Shown one piece after another: positions 51,501 to 59,330 of a DNA stretch of 64,000 nt (positions within the stretch are counted from its first letter, which is position 1; each line of letters begins with the position of its first letter). The translations under genes and the position numbers were made by a program. This DNA comes from Podarcis cretensis (taxonomy: Eukaryota). The stretch is from contig OX638152.1 of assembly GCA_951804945.1 (NCBI GenBank), positions 97,588,001-97,652,000 of the forward strand, read 5' to 3'. The notes beneath the pieces are model-generated. The model was not told where the DNA came from and did not search any database. It was given only the letters and a program-made list of their open reading frames with translations.

Positions 51501-54500
51501 GAGGCTTTTGAAAGCATCGTCGAGTTTCTGAAAAACACTCTACCAGACATGACAAAGCTCCAAATGGAAAAGATTATGACGCAGGTAATAGTCTGTTCCA
51601 CCCCCACACAAACAGTATAATGCATTGATAATGCATCACTTGGCCATTCAGTTATATGATAGTGCCTAAAGAACTGAGCTGTGAACCAAAAGGCCCTGGC
51701 TTGAACCTCGCTTCTCCCATAAATTCACCAGGTGGCTTGAGGGAAGCCGCTGTCTAGGATACAGGGAATAATATCTGGCCTTCCTTACAGGGTTTTTTTG
51801 TAAGGATTACTGAGCTGATGTACAGGAAGCACTCTGTAAAGTTCACTCTTGTTCTAATGAGAAATATTAGGTTGTAATCCCGACGCTGTGAGTCATATTC
51901 CTCATACCCTGGCTCTTTCAGTTTCCACCTCAAGCCAGCAGACTGGGTGCTTGCTGTGAACCATTTCATGTACATGCTGTTAGTGCCTTTGACACCATCC
52001 TGGGAGTGCAAAGCTCTGGTGTGAAGCCATCTTTAAGGAGTTGGCTGGTTAGCTTATATCTGGGCGAATGGAGGAGACTGAAAACTCTGTTCTGTGAAGG
52101 ACTAACTGAAGAGAGCACTCTCTGTGGGTCAGTGCTATAACTTTATTTTGGAGTTTCAAGATATTGCCATATTCGAGGTATTTTTTAAATGAATGTTTAA
52201 AGAACATTTTAACTGAACAGGGTAAAAGAAAAGGTATACTACATCATTATAGAAGTGAGCAATTCCAATTACATATATGCCTATCTAATGTATAGGCATT
52301 ATTATTATCATACATGTATATTTTTAGCCTGCTGTATTTTGTATAAATGTTTTACAAATGGCAAAGGTTAACAGCAAAATACATTTTAAACAAATGCATA
52401 CTTGCAGCATCCTCCAAATGTCATCGGAATATATCACAAATGTGTGTGCGTTTTAAAAAATGTACATGTGCAATTACAAATGTGTGTGTGGTTGGTTGCT
52501 TGGGTGGGTGTTTGGACAACTCTGGGGTTGCGGCGCTCATCTCGCTCTATAGGCCGAGGGAGCCAGCGTTTGTCCGCAGATAGCTGACAGCTTCCGGGTC
52601 ATGTGGCCAGCATGACTAAGCCGCTTCTGGCGAACCAGAGCAGCGCATGGAAACACTGTTTACCTTCCCACCAGTGCAGCACCTATTTATCTACTTGCAC
52701 TTTGAGGTGCTTTCAAACTGCTAGGTGGGCAGGAGCTGGGACCAAGAAACAGGAGCTCACCCTGTCGCGGGGATTCAAACCGCCGACCTTCTGTTCGGCA
52801 AGCCCTAGGCTCTGTGGTTTAACCCACAGTGCCACCCTAGTCCCTGTACTTAGCTGCTAATCCTTGAAACTTCTTTGAGTTAGCATGTTGGCAAAAGGTC
52901 AAGAAAATTCCCCAGCTATCTTACTGACATTAGTCTCTGCCTCTGGTAAGATTCATCTATTTATTGGCCTGTCCAGAAAGTGTGTTAATGTAGCCACATC
53001 AACCCAAGTTGCACAGGTTCCACCAAACGTCAGTTTGGAACATGCATGCTGCTGATTCCTCAAGATTGCCATCTTTCAGGCTCATTATCCAGAAGCAGCT
53101 TCTAGTCTTGAGAGTCATCCCTTCTGGGGGAGAAGTGTGAACACCTCCTTGACTCATGTAACCAGTTGGATGAGGCATCCTCGTAGGCATGCTTTGTTTA
53201 TAGTTCATATGGTCCTATTTGCCTGAATTAAACACGGTGGGACCTCTCATAAGGAAACTGGTTTTCTTTTCTTTTTTACACACATTACAAATTACACACA
53301 TATACAAAGAATTTACAATCTCATACTACAAAAAGAAAATTAAAGAAAAAACAATAAAGAAAAGAAGTCATTACAGAAAAAAGAAAGAAGAAAAAGCAGA
53401 TTTATGTGCATAAAAAAACTTAATCTTCCTAATTAATGCTTAAATAAGCACTTAAATAAAAAAGACTTCTGACAAAACAAGTCTTCCAATCATTCTCATT
53501 GTACTGTTTATACCGTCGTTTTTCCCGCACAGTTTTATATTCTTTAATATTGTTCCCATCTACTCCACAAACGGTATTCATTGTGTTTACAAGTATCACT
53601 CAAGTTCTGCTAATATGGTGTGCTTGGTACAATATGATCTCGTATAATCCTTAAATATTCTCCAAATCTTTTCTCTTCTGTCGGTAGGTCTTTGAGATGG
53701 ATATTTCCAAACAGCTGCACGCCTATGAGGTGGAGTACCACGTTCTGCAAGATGAACTGCAAGAGAACTCAAATCTCTGCGATGATGGGGAAGCTCCCGA
53801 GAAACTCGAAAGGGCAAACAATCAGCTGAAGAGGCAGAATATGGACCTCCTGGAGAAACTACAGGTAAACTACCAAGGAACAAGCTGCATGTTGTGACTT
53901 TATTGCATGTTGTGACTTTATTGCAGAACCAGTGTGGCACATGGGGTTGGCCTAGGAAACCTAATAGGTCCGTTCAGGCTCTCTGATTCTCTAAATGTTT
54001 AGCAGAAGACCCAGGTCTGGGCTAAACTAAAGGAGAAACATCAGGAGCGGGTACTTGACGCCCTCCTATATTCCAGCCTCTCTTCCTCAGAGGAAAACTC
54101 CCAGTCCTTTGTTTGGTGGCTGCGGAAGAGGATTATGGAGGAAGAGTGAGCCGCTCCTGCCAACAGTTCTCTTCAAATTCCATCCTCTCCCGTTTTTTTT
54201 TACACATTTGTCAAACATCTAGATCTGATGGTGAAAGCTTTGTTTGGTCTTCAGGTTCATTGAGGTAGGATAGGAAAACACACCAGGTTGTATCCATCCA
54301 TGCCAGAGTAGAAGGGCCATAGCCCAGTGGGAGAGCATTTCCTTTGTGTGCAGAAGGTCCCAGGTGCATCCCCAGGGAGGGCTGAGAGGAACTTATTTCT
54401 GCCTGAAACCCTGGAGAAATGCTTCCAGTCAGTGTAGACAATATGGAGCTGGGTAGACACTGTGATAGTAGAGAGGCGGGTGGCGCTGTGGGTTAAACCA

Positions 54501-55325
54501 CAGAGCCTAGGACTTGCCGATCAGAAGGTTGGTGGTTCGAATCCCCGTTGTTTGGTCCCTGCTCCTGCCAACCTAACAGTTCAAAAGCACAAAGTGCAAG
54601 TAGATAAACAGGTACCACTCCAGCGGGAAGGTAAACGGCGTTTCCGTGTGCTGCTCTGGTTCGCCAGAAGCGGCTTAGTCATGCTGGACATATGACCAGA
54701 AGCTGTATGCCGGCTCCCTCGGCCAATAAAGCGAGATGAGCGCCGCAACCCCAGAGTCAGTCACGACTGGACCTAATGGTCAGGGGTCCCTTTACCTTTA
54801 GACACTGTGGTTCCCCCGCACACAGTTTTGGAATGGCTGTTGCCAAAGTGCAGTAGACTATGACTAGAAGTTAAGATCCACAATAAAATAGCTTTGTGCA
54901 ACTAGTTCTTTTCAGTAAGCTGGAAATTAGATATGCCTGTATCACAAGAACTACAGCGAGCAAACAGGAAATGCTTTATCCCCAATGCACCTGAAGGGAA
55001 CAGTGAGCAATTTGTATAACGTATTTGCAAGCAATTTATGCAGGTAGTTGCTATGTGTTTCTGCTCTCAAGGACACTCGTTTTAAAAAATCCTTTTCCTA
55101 CTTTCCGATTAGGCAGCCCATGCTAAAATCCAGAGTGTGGAATCGAACCTGGAAGACGTCTTAGAAAGGGAGAGCAAGATGAAGAGCTTAATTCAGTCTC
55201 TGGAAGAAGAGAAGGCGCTCTATAGAAAGACTATTGAGAAAATCTGTAAATACTTGCCAGAAGAGGTGCTGCCTGACTGTGAACAGCTGCTAAAGGAAGC
55301 AAACTGTAACCCAAGCAAAATTTAG
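2634..55325 (+). CDS. TBC1D4: TBC1D4/AS160 spliced CDS (exons 2-11 and 13-21 by human numbering; 5' partial, exon 1 outside window); PTB domains, Akt-site region, calmodulin-binding segment, TBC Rab-GAP domain, C-terminal coiled coil
   Basis: 19 exons joined by hand give one open frame of 3354 nt with GT-AG sites. Diagnostic peptides: [52 protein letters not shown] (Arg finger), GYCQG (Gln finger). Confidence 0.97.
3552..3799 (-). mobile_element. Squam3-type tRNA-derived SINE
   Basis: Reverse complement of the copy at 50266; (CTT)-type tail. Confidence 0.8.
4343..4695 (+). mobile_element. Tc1/mariner (Tigger/pogo-like) MITE, family A
   Basis: TIR CAGTGGTGCC(C/T)CGCAAGACG; TA TSD; sister copies at 34569 and 40557. 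Confidence 0.85.
5635..5953. mobile_element. hAT-type MITE
   Basis: TIR CAGGGGTCGGCAA/TTGCCGACCCCTG; 8-bp TSD gtttatat/ctttatat. Confidence 0.8.
6458..6814 (-). mobile_element. Sauria SINE (Squam1)
   Basis: (ACCTTT)n tail; 13-bp TSD tagcattgccata. Confidence 0.9.
7209..7554 (+). mobile_element. Sauria SINE (Squam1)
   Basis: tRNA-like head with B-box GGTTCGAATCC; ACCTTT tail; TSD actgct. Confidence 0.88.
8241..8330 (+). CDS. TBC1D4: TBC1D4 exon 3 (90 nt): [30 protein letters not shown]
   Basis: tcttttcaag|GTT ... CAG|gtgggt; PTB2 sequence. Confidence 0.95.
10071..10304. mobile_element. Tc1/mariner MITE, family B
   Basis: TIR CAGTGGTACCTC; TA TSD; sisters at 31884 and 60596. Confidence 0.85.
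10511..10646. mobile_element. hAT-type MITE (~136 bp)
   Basis: CAGGCA...TGCCTG ends; degenerate 8-bp TSD gtttagag/ctgtagag. Confidence 0.75.
10673..11061 (+). mobile_element. Bov-B (RTE) LINE 3' fragment
   Basis: [12 protein letters not shown]...[22 protein letters not shown]; (CAA)n tail; TSD accaacact. Confidence 0.9.
11850..11954 (+). CDS. TBC1D4: TBC1D4 exon 4 (105 nt): [35 protein letters not shown]
   Basis: tctctccag|GGC ... CTG|gtaagt. Confidence 0.95.
13754..13886 (+). CDS. TBC1D4: TBC1D4 exon 5 (133 nt): [12 protein letters not shown]...HKLCERIE
   Basis: ccttttcag|GTG ... GAAG|gtagtt. Confidence 0.95.
14095..14473 (+). mobile_element. L2-clade LINE 3' end with (CAA)n tail
   Basis: TLRSSSEAL and 'gggccttctc...ctgtggaatgctctccc' L2 3' motifs. 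Confidence 0.65.
14788..14971. mobile_element. Degenerate Tigger-like MITE related to 58104-58764
   Basis: cagtggtgcc... and shared 'ttccggaagtccgttc...aaccaaggc' blocks. Confidence 0.55.
15690..15708 (-). promoter_or_regulatory. Candidate CTCF site (CCACCAGAGGGAGC)
   Basis: Close match to the CTCF core consensus; motif only. Confidence 0.5.
16816..16907 (+). CDS. TBC1D4: TBC1D4 exon 6 (92 nt): [31 protein letters not shown]
   Basis: ttttttaag|GT ... CAG|gtaata. Confidence 0.95.
17035..17132 (+). repeat. L2 3' tail remnant with (ATT)n microsatellite
   Basis: cccagccagatgggcggggtataaa followed by ~15 ATT units. Confidence 0.7.
17268..17378 (+). CDS. TBC1D4: TBC1D4 exon 7 (111 nt): [37 protein letters not shown]
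   Basis: cctaacag|AAA ... ATG|gtaaga. Confidence 0.94.
17916..18051. mobile_element. hAT-type MITE
   Basis: TIR CAGGCTTCCTCAACCT; perfect 8-bp TSD agttaaac. Confidence 0.9.
18572..18691 (+). CDS. TBC1D4: TBC1D4 exon 8 (120 nt; 123 nt if the upstream AG is used, starting at 18569): [40 protein letters not shown]
   Basis: tttcagcag|AAT ... AGG|gtaagt. Confidence 0.92.
19648..20017 (+). mobile_element. Sauria SINE, 'gcccgtacgggc' subfamily
   Basis: Full head and tail; TSD tattctatgcaa. Confidence 0.9.
20031..20379 (+). mobile_element. Sauria SINE, 'ggacctaa' subfamily
   Basis: Full head and tail; TSD tattctatgcaaa; both SINEs sit in an older L2-like remnant (~18985-20510). Confidence 0.88.
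21925..22740 (-). mobile_element. L2-clade LINE 3' fragment with (AAT)n tail
   Basis: ORF 22058..22681 [29 protein letters not shown]...HWLPV...[15 protein letters not shown]. Confidence 0.88.
23859..23933 (+). CDS. TBC1D4: TBC1D4 exon 9 (75 nt): [25 protein letters not shown] (S588-type Akt site)
   Basis: ttccgtag|GGA ... AAA|gtaagt. Confidence 0.95.
24073..24897 (+). mobile_element. Solo LTR (825 bp; Gypsy/BEL/ERV class undetermined)
   Basis: TG...CA ends; 8-bp inverted termini TGTCAGGG/CCCTGACA; perfect 5-bp TSD gctgg (24068-72, 24898-902); TTTAA at ~24775 and AATAAA at 24825. Confidence 0.85.
24113..24772 (+). CDS. LTR-internal ORF, 219 aa: acidic Ser/Gly/Glu N-terminus, SGPAxPP repeats, basic C-terminus; function unknown
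   Basis: Uninterrupted ORF with gaaATGG Kozak context, lying wholly inside the LTR. Confidence 0.4.
   Translation: MESEGEESEGSVGEYESGPRDSISFSSESEDSQRGAPTARARGVPGGTHQKQGASGDSQSSSGRSGPAPPPEHSGGEESHVSGPASPPAGREDESGLATPPSQSEGTEGGSGPASLSEGGSSDRSSVTVRRKVAGWARAPSSNVQARGTAGNPDWEPGPKARRRQGEDSGDSASEESRKGKTPADRRTQRRKEQRKRWSKARVLNWCLGGGDSDGASAV
25233..25468. mobile_element. Two Bov-B 3' ends joined head-to-head (inverted)
   Basis: Minus-strand 3' end 25233-25341 abuts plus-strand 3' end 25342-25468; (CAA)n tails point outward. Confidence 0.85.
25681..25805 (+). mobile_element. SINE with tRNA-Ile-like head and CR1-like tail
   Basis: gttagctgaattggttagagcgtggtgctgataacgcc resembles tRNA-Ile; tail tgcattgc...actagatgactc. 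Confidence 0.65.
25933..26298 (-). mobile_element. Sauria SINE, 'gcccgtacgggc' subfamily
   Basis: 14-bp TSD tatcccagttgata. Confidence 0.9.
26433..26503. repeat. Compound (CA)n(TTA)n microsatellite
   Basis: Direct reading. Confidence 0.9.
26950..27176 (+). CDS. TBC1D4: TBC1D4 exon 10 (227 nt), with [12 protein letters not shown] (T642-type Akt/14-3-3 site) and LRQNS
   Basis: ttcttccag|GAA ... AG|gtgagt. Confidence 0.95.
30145..31012. mobile_element. Pogo/Tigger-like non-autonomous element interrupted by an L1 fragment
   Basis: TIR cgtattggcc(c/t)gaatataagc at both ends; TA TSD. Confidence 0.75.
30259..30700 (+). mobile_element. L1/Tx1-clade 3' fragment (ORF2 end [20 protein letters not shown], 3'UTR, A-rich tail)
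   Basis: Similar to the end of ORF 1873..2352; 11-bp TSD tctgcagacac. Confidence 0.85.
31527..31881 (-). mobile_element. Sauria SINE inserted at a MITE terminus
   Basis: TSD tacagtggta (31517-26, 31882-91). Confidence 0.9.
31884..32112. mobile_element. Tc1/mariner MITE, family B
   Basis: CAGTGGTACC...GGTACCACTG; TA TSD. Confidence 0.82.
32419..32568 (+). CDS. TBC1D4: TBC1D4 exon 11 (150 nt, phase 2/2, frame-preserving cassette; orthologue of the long/muscle-isoform exon): [50 protein letters not shown]
   Basis: gctgtcag|G ... AG|gtgaga; [13 protein letters not shown] matches the recalled mammalian long-isoform insert. Confidence 0.88.
34569..34923 (-). mobile_element. Tc1/mariner MITE, family A (inverted relative to 4343 and 40557)
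   Basis: TIRs and TA TSD. Confidence 0.85.
35152..35296 (+). mobile_element. SINE with tRNA-Lys(CTT)-like head and CR1-like tail
   Basis: ctagcttagtcggcagagcacgagactcttactctagggtcatgggttcgag; tail tgcattgcagggggttagactagat...ttctatg. Confidence 0.7.
35568..35650. repeat. (TCTG)n(TCTA)n tetranucleotide microsatellite
   Basis: Direct reading. Confidence 0.9.
36691..37100 (-). mobile_element. Bov-B (RTE) LINE 3' fragment
   Basis: ORF 36839..37144 [35 protein letters not shown]. Confidence 0.9.
38322..38480 (-). mobile_element. L2-clade 3' tail fragment
   Basis: Near-identical to the 3' end of the 21925 copy. Confidence 0.75.
39137..39945 (-). mobile_element. L2-clade LINE 3' fragment (second family) with (AAT)n tail
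   Basis: ORF 39406..39834 [29 protein letters not shown]...HWLPV. Confidence 0.85.
40557..40892 (+). mobile_element. Tc1/mariner MITE, family A
   Basis: TIRs and TA TSD. Confidence 0.85.
41206..41366 (+). CDS. TBC1D4: TBC1D4 exon 13 (161 nt): [14 protein letters not shown]...[25 protein letters not shown] (S751-type site)
   Basis: tcctgcag|T ... CAAG|gtcagt. Confidence 0.95.
41905..42230. mobile_element. Two adjacent hAT-type MITEs (41905-42028 and 42095-42230)
   Basis: Shared core ggactacagttccca...gggagttgtagtcc; CAGG...CCTG ends; degenerate 8-bp TSDs. Confidence 0.75.
43337..43682 (-). mobile_element. Sauria SINE
   Basis: TSD cttcagttagggta. Confidence 0.88.
43994..44203 (+). CDS. TBC1D4: TBC1D4 exon 14 (210 nt), includes [22 protein letters not shown] (calmodulin-binding segment)
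   Basis: attttgcag|AT ... GAAG|gttagt. Confidence 0.94.
45821..45979 (+). CDS. TBC1D4: TBC1D4 exon 15 (159 nt): [18 protein letters not shown]...IHATLKD
   Basis: tctcttgcag|CA ... GATG|gtaatt. Confidence 0.95.
46285..46887 (+). mobile_element. hAT-type non-autonomous element (603 bp) with GC-rich cargo including a GNAL XL-exon fragment
   Basis: TIR CAG(C/T)GGCGTAGC; perfect 8-bp TSD ctgaaaat (46277-84, 46888-95); three 33-bp subterminal repeats. Confidence 0.88.
46764..46805 (+). pseudogene. GNAL: Captured fragment of the GNAL extra-long (XL-Golf) first coding exon: [14 protein letters not shown]
   Basis: 13 of 14 residues match the recalled human XL-Golf N-terminus [14 protein letters not shown], starting exactly at the Met. 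Confidence 0.75.
47136..47294 (+). CDS. TBC1D4: TBC1D4 exon 16 (159 nt): [14 protein letters not shown]...QHAILVDL (start of TBC domain)
   Basis: gtcttcag|GT ... CTAG|gtaact. Confidence 0.96.
48045..48343 (+). mobile_element. L2-clade 3' end with (ATT)n tail
   Basis: Same family as the 21925 copy, opposite strand. Confidence 0.8.
48526..48556. repeat. (CT)n microsatellite forming the polypyrimidine tract of exon 17
   Basis: Ends 7 nt before the exon start. Confidence 0.85.
48564..48808 (+). CDS. TBC1D4: TBC1D4 exon 17 (245 nt): [11 protein letters not shown]...GYCQGISF...RPDMMSLQ (catalytic Arg and Gln fingers)
   Basis: ctgcaccag|GG ... CAG|gtaagg. Confidence 0.96.
50266..50578 (+). mobile_element. 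Squam3-type SINE with expanded (CTC)n(TTC)n tail
   Basis: Head gagccagtgtggtgtagtggtt; tail 50504-50578. Confidence 0.88.
50601..50760 (+). CDS. TBC1D4: TBC1D4 exon 18 (160 nt): [17 protein letters not shown]...LGFVARVF
   Basis: ttaatacag|ATC ... TTCG|gtagga. Confidence 0.95.
51415..51584 (+). CDS. TBC1D4: TBC1D4 exon 19 (170 nt): [19 protein letters not shown]...MEKIMTQ
   Basis: ctgccctag|AC ... CAG|gtaata. Confidence 0.95.
52518..52844 (-). mobile_element. Sauria SINE (tail missing)
   Basis: Similarity to the other copies. Confidence 0.8.
53688..53864 (+). CDS. TBC1D4: TBC1D4 exon 20 (177 nt): [24 protein letters not shown]...DLLEKLQ
   Basis: tcggtag|GTC ... CAG|gtaaac. Confidence 0.95.
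54313..54464 (+). mobile_element. Degenerate Squam2-type tRNA-derived SINE
   Basis: gggccatagcccagtgggagagca...gcagaaggtcccagg. Confidence 0.55.
54475..54798 (+). mobile_element. Sauria SINE
   Basis: ACCTTT tail; TSD tagacactgtg. Confidence 0.85.
55113..55325 (+). CDS. TBC1D4: TBC1D4 exon 21 coding part: [13 protein letters not shown]...[10 protein letters not shown]
   Basis: ccgattag|GCA; TAG at 55323-55325. Confidence 0.92.
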   Translation, partial: AAHAKIQSVESNLEDVLERESKMKSLIQSLEEEKALYRKTIEKICKYLPEEVLPDCEQLLKEANCNPSKI

Positions 55326-57615
55326 AAATAAGCCATAAGTGAAGCGTTGCAGGCAACACGGTTTCGAACAATAAAGAAAAGGGAAAATGACAAACATAGA
55401 AGGTATCTGCATAATCACACACGGGTACTGGGATTCTTCTAGCATCGGAGAGGCCTTTTAAAATCTTGATATGCAAATCCCAGGTTAAATGTTTTTAATA
55501 ATGGGTGTACATAAATAGCAATGCAAAAAATGGAAAGCAAAAGAAGATTGGATCTAAAGAAGACAATTAGATGTATATTTAGGATTGGTGTAAAGGGAAA
55601 GAGATGAAAGTCCACCCTTTTGGACCGCTGGTAACTTAAATGTCAACTTCAATATGTTCTCTGGATCTAGTGAAAGGAACATGTTGTTGTCTTTATATAC
55701 ATTGATCAATACTTGAAAAGAAAACAAGAATGTAATTGTTCCCCTCCAAAGAACAGCATGTTTTCCATTTTAGTTGGGGATTTCTTTTGTGTTTCGTGTA
55801 AGGTTTTTTTCTGTGTGTGTGTGTGTGTGTCTCTGGCCATTTTTGTGGAGGACATCCCTGTAAGGTCTTATGTGCCTGCAGTTCATTCTGCTGACTTCCA
55901 CATACGTCCAAGAATAACCCTGACCGGCTGTCATTTTGCGGCTCAGCTGTTGAGTTCAATGGTGCCATGTTTCTCCTGCATGTAGAGAAGTGGCCATGCC
56001 TTATTCTCCCCAACGGAGGCAGGAAAAGCGAAGGTCGGAAGCCGTTCCTCTTCCCCCGTTCACTGTGGTGTGAAATTAAGAGCCGAAACAGGCTCTTGGA
56101 AATCTCGCATGATGTATCTTTCTGGAGATACACCGTGATGAATAGCCGGTTGGCTGTGAAATGTGTGAACGCTCCCTGAAATAAACTACTCCCTTCATGT
56201 ACAGAACTAGCACGTGTTTCCAAGGTAGCTTTTCCCTCTGACGCACTAGCTCTGTAGGTGTAGGAATTATTTTATGGGGGGAAAGAATCGAAGTTTTCAT
56301 TTCTCACCCATTTTCTCACATGATGCACACCAACAGATACGTTACATGGAGTTCCTGCCTGCCTGCCTGCTGGCACATAAGATAACCTTTGATTTGAATG
56401 CTGCTTCATGCAGTTTAATATGTGATGAATACATGGTTTCAACGAGCCAGAGAAACCTTGTAAGAGTCCCCAGCCTCTCTCTGTGCAAAGAGCCAATGAC
56501 CCGTCCAGATTTTTTCCTTTATTGGGATATGGGCACTGACAAACCTTCAGGATTCTCTATGTAGACTATTACGATGCCTCAAAAATGCCCTTGCCTCAGA
56601 GAAGCAGGGAATTCGTCGTCCAAATCTAGTGGTTACTACATTTCAGCTTACAATATCTGTTCTGTAGCGTACCTTTTCTCGTTTGGTTTAGAAGCAGGAT
56701 TCAATACCAATAGACACAGTTCAATGCTTTTCCCGGGCTTTTTCCATTCTTTTATCAGTCTCTGCTTTTGCACAGCGCTGAAGATCTGTTGTTTCTGGAA
56801 GCCATTTCTGTCTTGTAGACACGACCCTGAAGTCAGTCTTTGATCTGAGGGAGCTATGAAAATAGCAGTTAATCATGCGCAGGAAATTTGCATTTGTGGG
56901 AACATGCTTGAATCAAATTATCGTAACATCCAGTGGGGATTTATTTGTTATATTTTTCCAGGTATTTTTTTTTTTATATAAAAAAATAATAAGAAGCCAA
57001 GTGCCAAATTCAGCTAAGTGTCTTACTCATAGGTGTGGGGTGAGCCGGAGAGAGTGCCAATGTTTCCTTTGTAAAATGCATAATGCAAGCGACAAGCAAG
57101 TCCGAGGGACAACAAAGTTGGTTTGCCGATTTAAAATGGCAGTATCAGTCTTGTCTTGTTAGTTGATAACCATGGTGTGATCATCATGGGGCACAGTCTA
57201 GCAGGAGTGGAGGAAACAAATAGGTGACATTGTAGGAAATTCCACTGTGGAAGACAGATTTCTAAGAGATTGTGCCTAGCATTATTTTCTTGCAGCTGTT
57301 GCCTCTTACCCAAATGAATAAACTCACATGGAATCCGGTGAAATCATACTAATAATTGCATTTTCCCAGATGGAAGAGGGAAAGTAATTCTTTCTTTTTT
57401 GCAATTTCACTTGAAGCAATATTGTGCATACAGAACCCGTCCCATAGAACCGTTGAACTGTGTACTGCATTGATCAACTTGTTAAGGCGCACATTGCAAT
57501 TTTTTTCAGAACTTTTTTTTTTTTTTAGAGGCAGAGAAAGTTTCACCCTAAGTTGGACTTATTCACATGTATCATTTGGAGAATTTCCAATAAATGTCAT
57601 TGCTGCATTTGCTCT
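55326..57615 (+). other. TBC1D4: Probable TBC1D4 3'UTR (~2.3 kb)
   Basis: Stretch after the stop with no recognisable transposon; AATAAA at 55370, 57317 and 57589; Pumilio-type TGTACATA at 55506. Confidence 0.65.
57589..57594 (+). terminator. Likely main polyadenylation signal AATAAA
   Basis: Followed by GT/T-rich sequence (tctggttgttttc); transposon-rich DNA resumes from ~58.1 kb. Confidence 0.55.
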
Positions 57616-58103
57616 GGTTGTTTTCATTCGCGATACAGATCTTTTGCATGTGAAGAGTGGAATTCTTGTTCCTCTTGTGTATCAGCAAAACTCATACTTG
57701 GGGGGGGGGGGTCACCCAATTAAATTAACTGGCAGTAAGCTCAGGACTAGCAAAAGAGAGCATCTATTCAAACTGCTTTTTAACGGAAAAGGTTATGGAA
57801 TTAGCTGCCCAAAGGGAGTGGCTTAGATTTGACACATCCATGAAGGAAATTGGTGGCTAAATTTGTTAGCTAAATATGAAGCCTCCATATTGAAACACAG
57901 TGGACCTCTCTGTAGCAGTGGCTATAAACAAGCCAACCTCCTGGCTGGTTTATGAACATCCTCAGGACACCTGACCGCCTGGCTGCTCTGGGAAATTGAA
58001 TGCTGACCTGGATAGACCCTCGACCTCAAAATCAAATATATGCTGGAAATTTAAGGAGAAAGAAGGTACTTTTTACCATATGTGGTGGTCTTGTAAGTGT
58101 GTA

Positions 58104-58764
58104 CAGTGGTACCTTGGTTCTCAAACTTAACCCATTCTGGAAGTCCGTTCCAAAACCAAAGCGTTCCAAAACCAAGGCGCGCTTTCCGATAGAAAGTTAT
58201 GCAAAACGGATTAATCTGTTCCAGACTTTTAAAAACAACCCCGAAAACAGCAATTTAACATGAATTTTACTTTCTAACAAGGCCATTGATCCATAAATTG
58301 AAAGCAATAATCAATGTACTGTACTATAAAATAAAATAAATAAGACAGCATTCTAGATGATAAAAATTAAAATTATTTTTTTTTCTTACCTGCACTGATG
58401 ATAGTCATTGTTTGGATGGGGGGCTTTTATCCATTTCCGCAGTCACACAATCAATCAGTAACTGAACTGGGTTCCACATAGTCACAAAAACAAATTAACT
58501 GAAAGGTCTCAAAAACAAAAAATAAATAGCAAAAACAAAAGCGCCAAACTTAATCTGTTCCGGAAGTCCATTTGACTTCCGAAATGTTCAGAAACTAAGA
58601 AACTTCTGATTGGTGCAGGAGCCCCGGAAACAATAGCTGATAGCCGCATCGGATGTTCGGCTTCTGAAAAACGTTTGAAAACTGGAACACTTAGTTCTGG
58701 ATTTTTGGCGTTTGAGAACCAAGGCATTTGAGTACCAAGATGTTTGAGAACCAAGGTACCAGTG
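58104..58764. mobile_element. Tigger/pogo-like non-autonomous element (661 bp)
   Basis: TIR CA(G/C)TGGTACCTTGGTTCTCAAAC; TA TSD. Confidence 0.82.
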
Positions 58765-58779
58765 TAAAAGCTTTCTGCG

Positions 58780-59330
58780 AAATTATAATGAATTGAAGAA
58801 AATGCTTAAAATAACTTTTACTAAAAAAAAACCCAGAAGCTTTTCTTTTAGGCTAATTGGTACAGAGTTACCAAAATATGTTTGAAAAAGAAACCGTTTA
58901 TGTATGCTACGACCGCAACCAGGATGATTTATGCTCAGGAATGGAAAGAAGATTCAGTACTAGCCAAGTAGTCGTTGCAGACTGTGCCAAATGGCAAAAC
59001 GTACAGAAGCAATAAGGAACCAAGAGACCGTGGGACAGGGGGAGCTTTATAAAAGACTAGGGAAAATTTGTGGATTATCTGAAATGTTACTGTACACATA
59101 TAAGTTCATTAGAAGGATTAACTTAAACCAACCAGTTGTATTTAATGTTAAAAGATAACTAGGAAGCAGTTAATAATGGGAGTAGTGAAGCAGATGCTGT
59201 GTTATAAATTTAAAAATATAAGAAACCCCAAAAGGAGTGGGGGGGAGTTCAAAATACATATATTAGTTGGAAAATATTGGATTGTATTTATGTCAAACTG
59301 TTTCTGAAAATTTTTTTTTTGGGGGGTGTT
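58780..59330 (+). mobile_element. Degenerate L1/Tx1-clade 3' fragment
   Basis: Remnants PEAFLLG and MYATTA. Confidence 0.65.

Noticed and set aside
2634-55325. Paralogue TBC1D1
   Set aside because: [24 protein letters not shown] and [11 protein letters not shown] are TBC1D4-type; TBC1D1 has RRRANTLSH
55693-57826. ORFs of 90-176 aa in the 3' region
   Set aside because: Low-complexity, no homology, within the presumed 3'UTR
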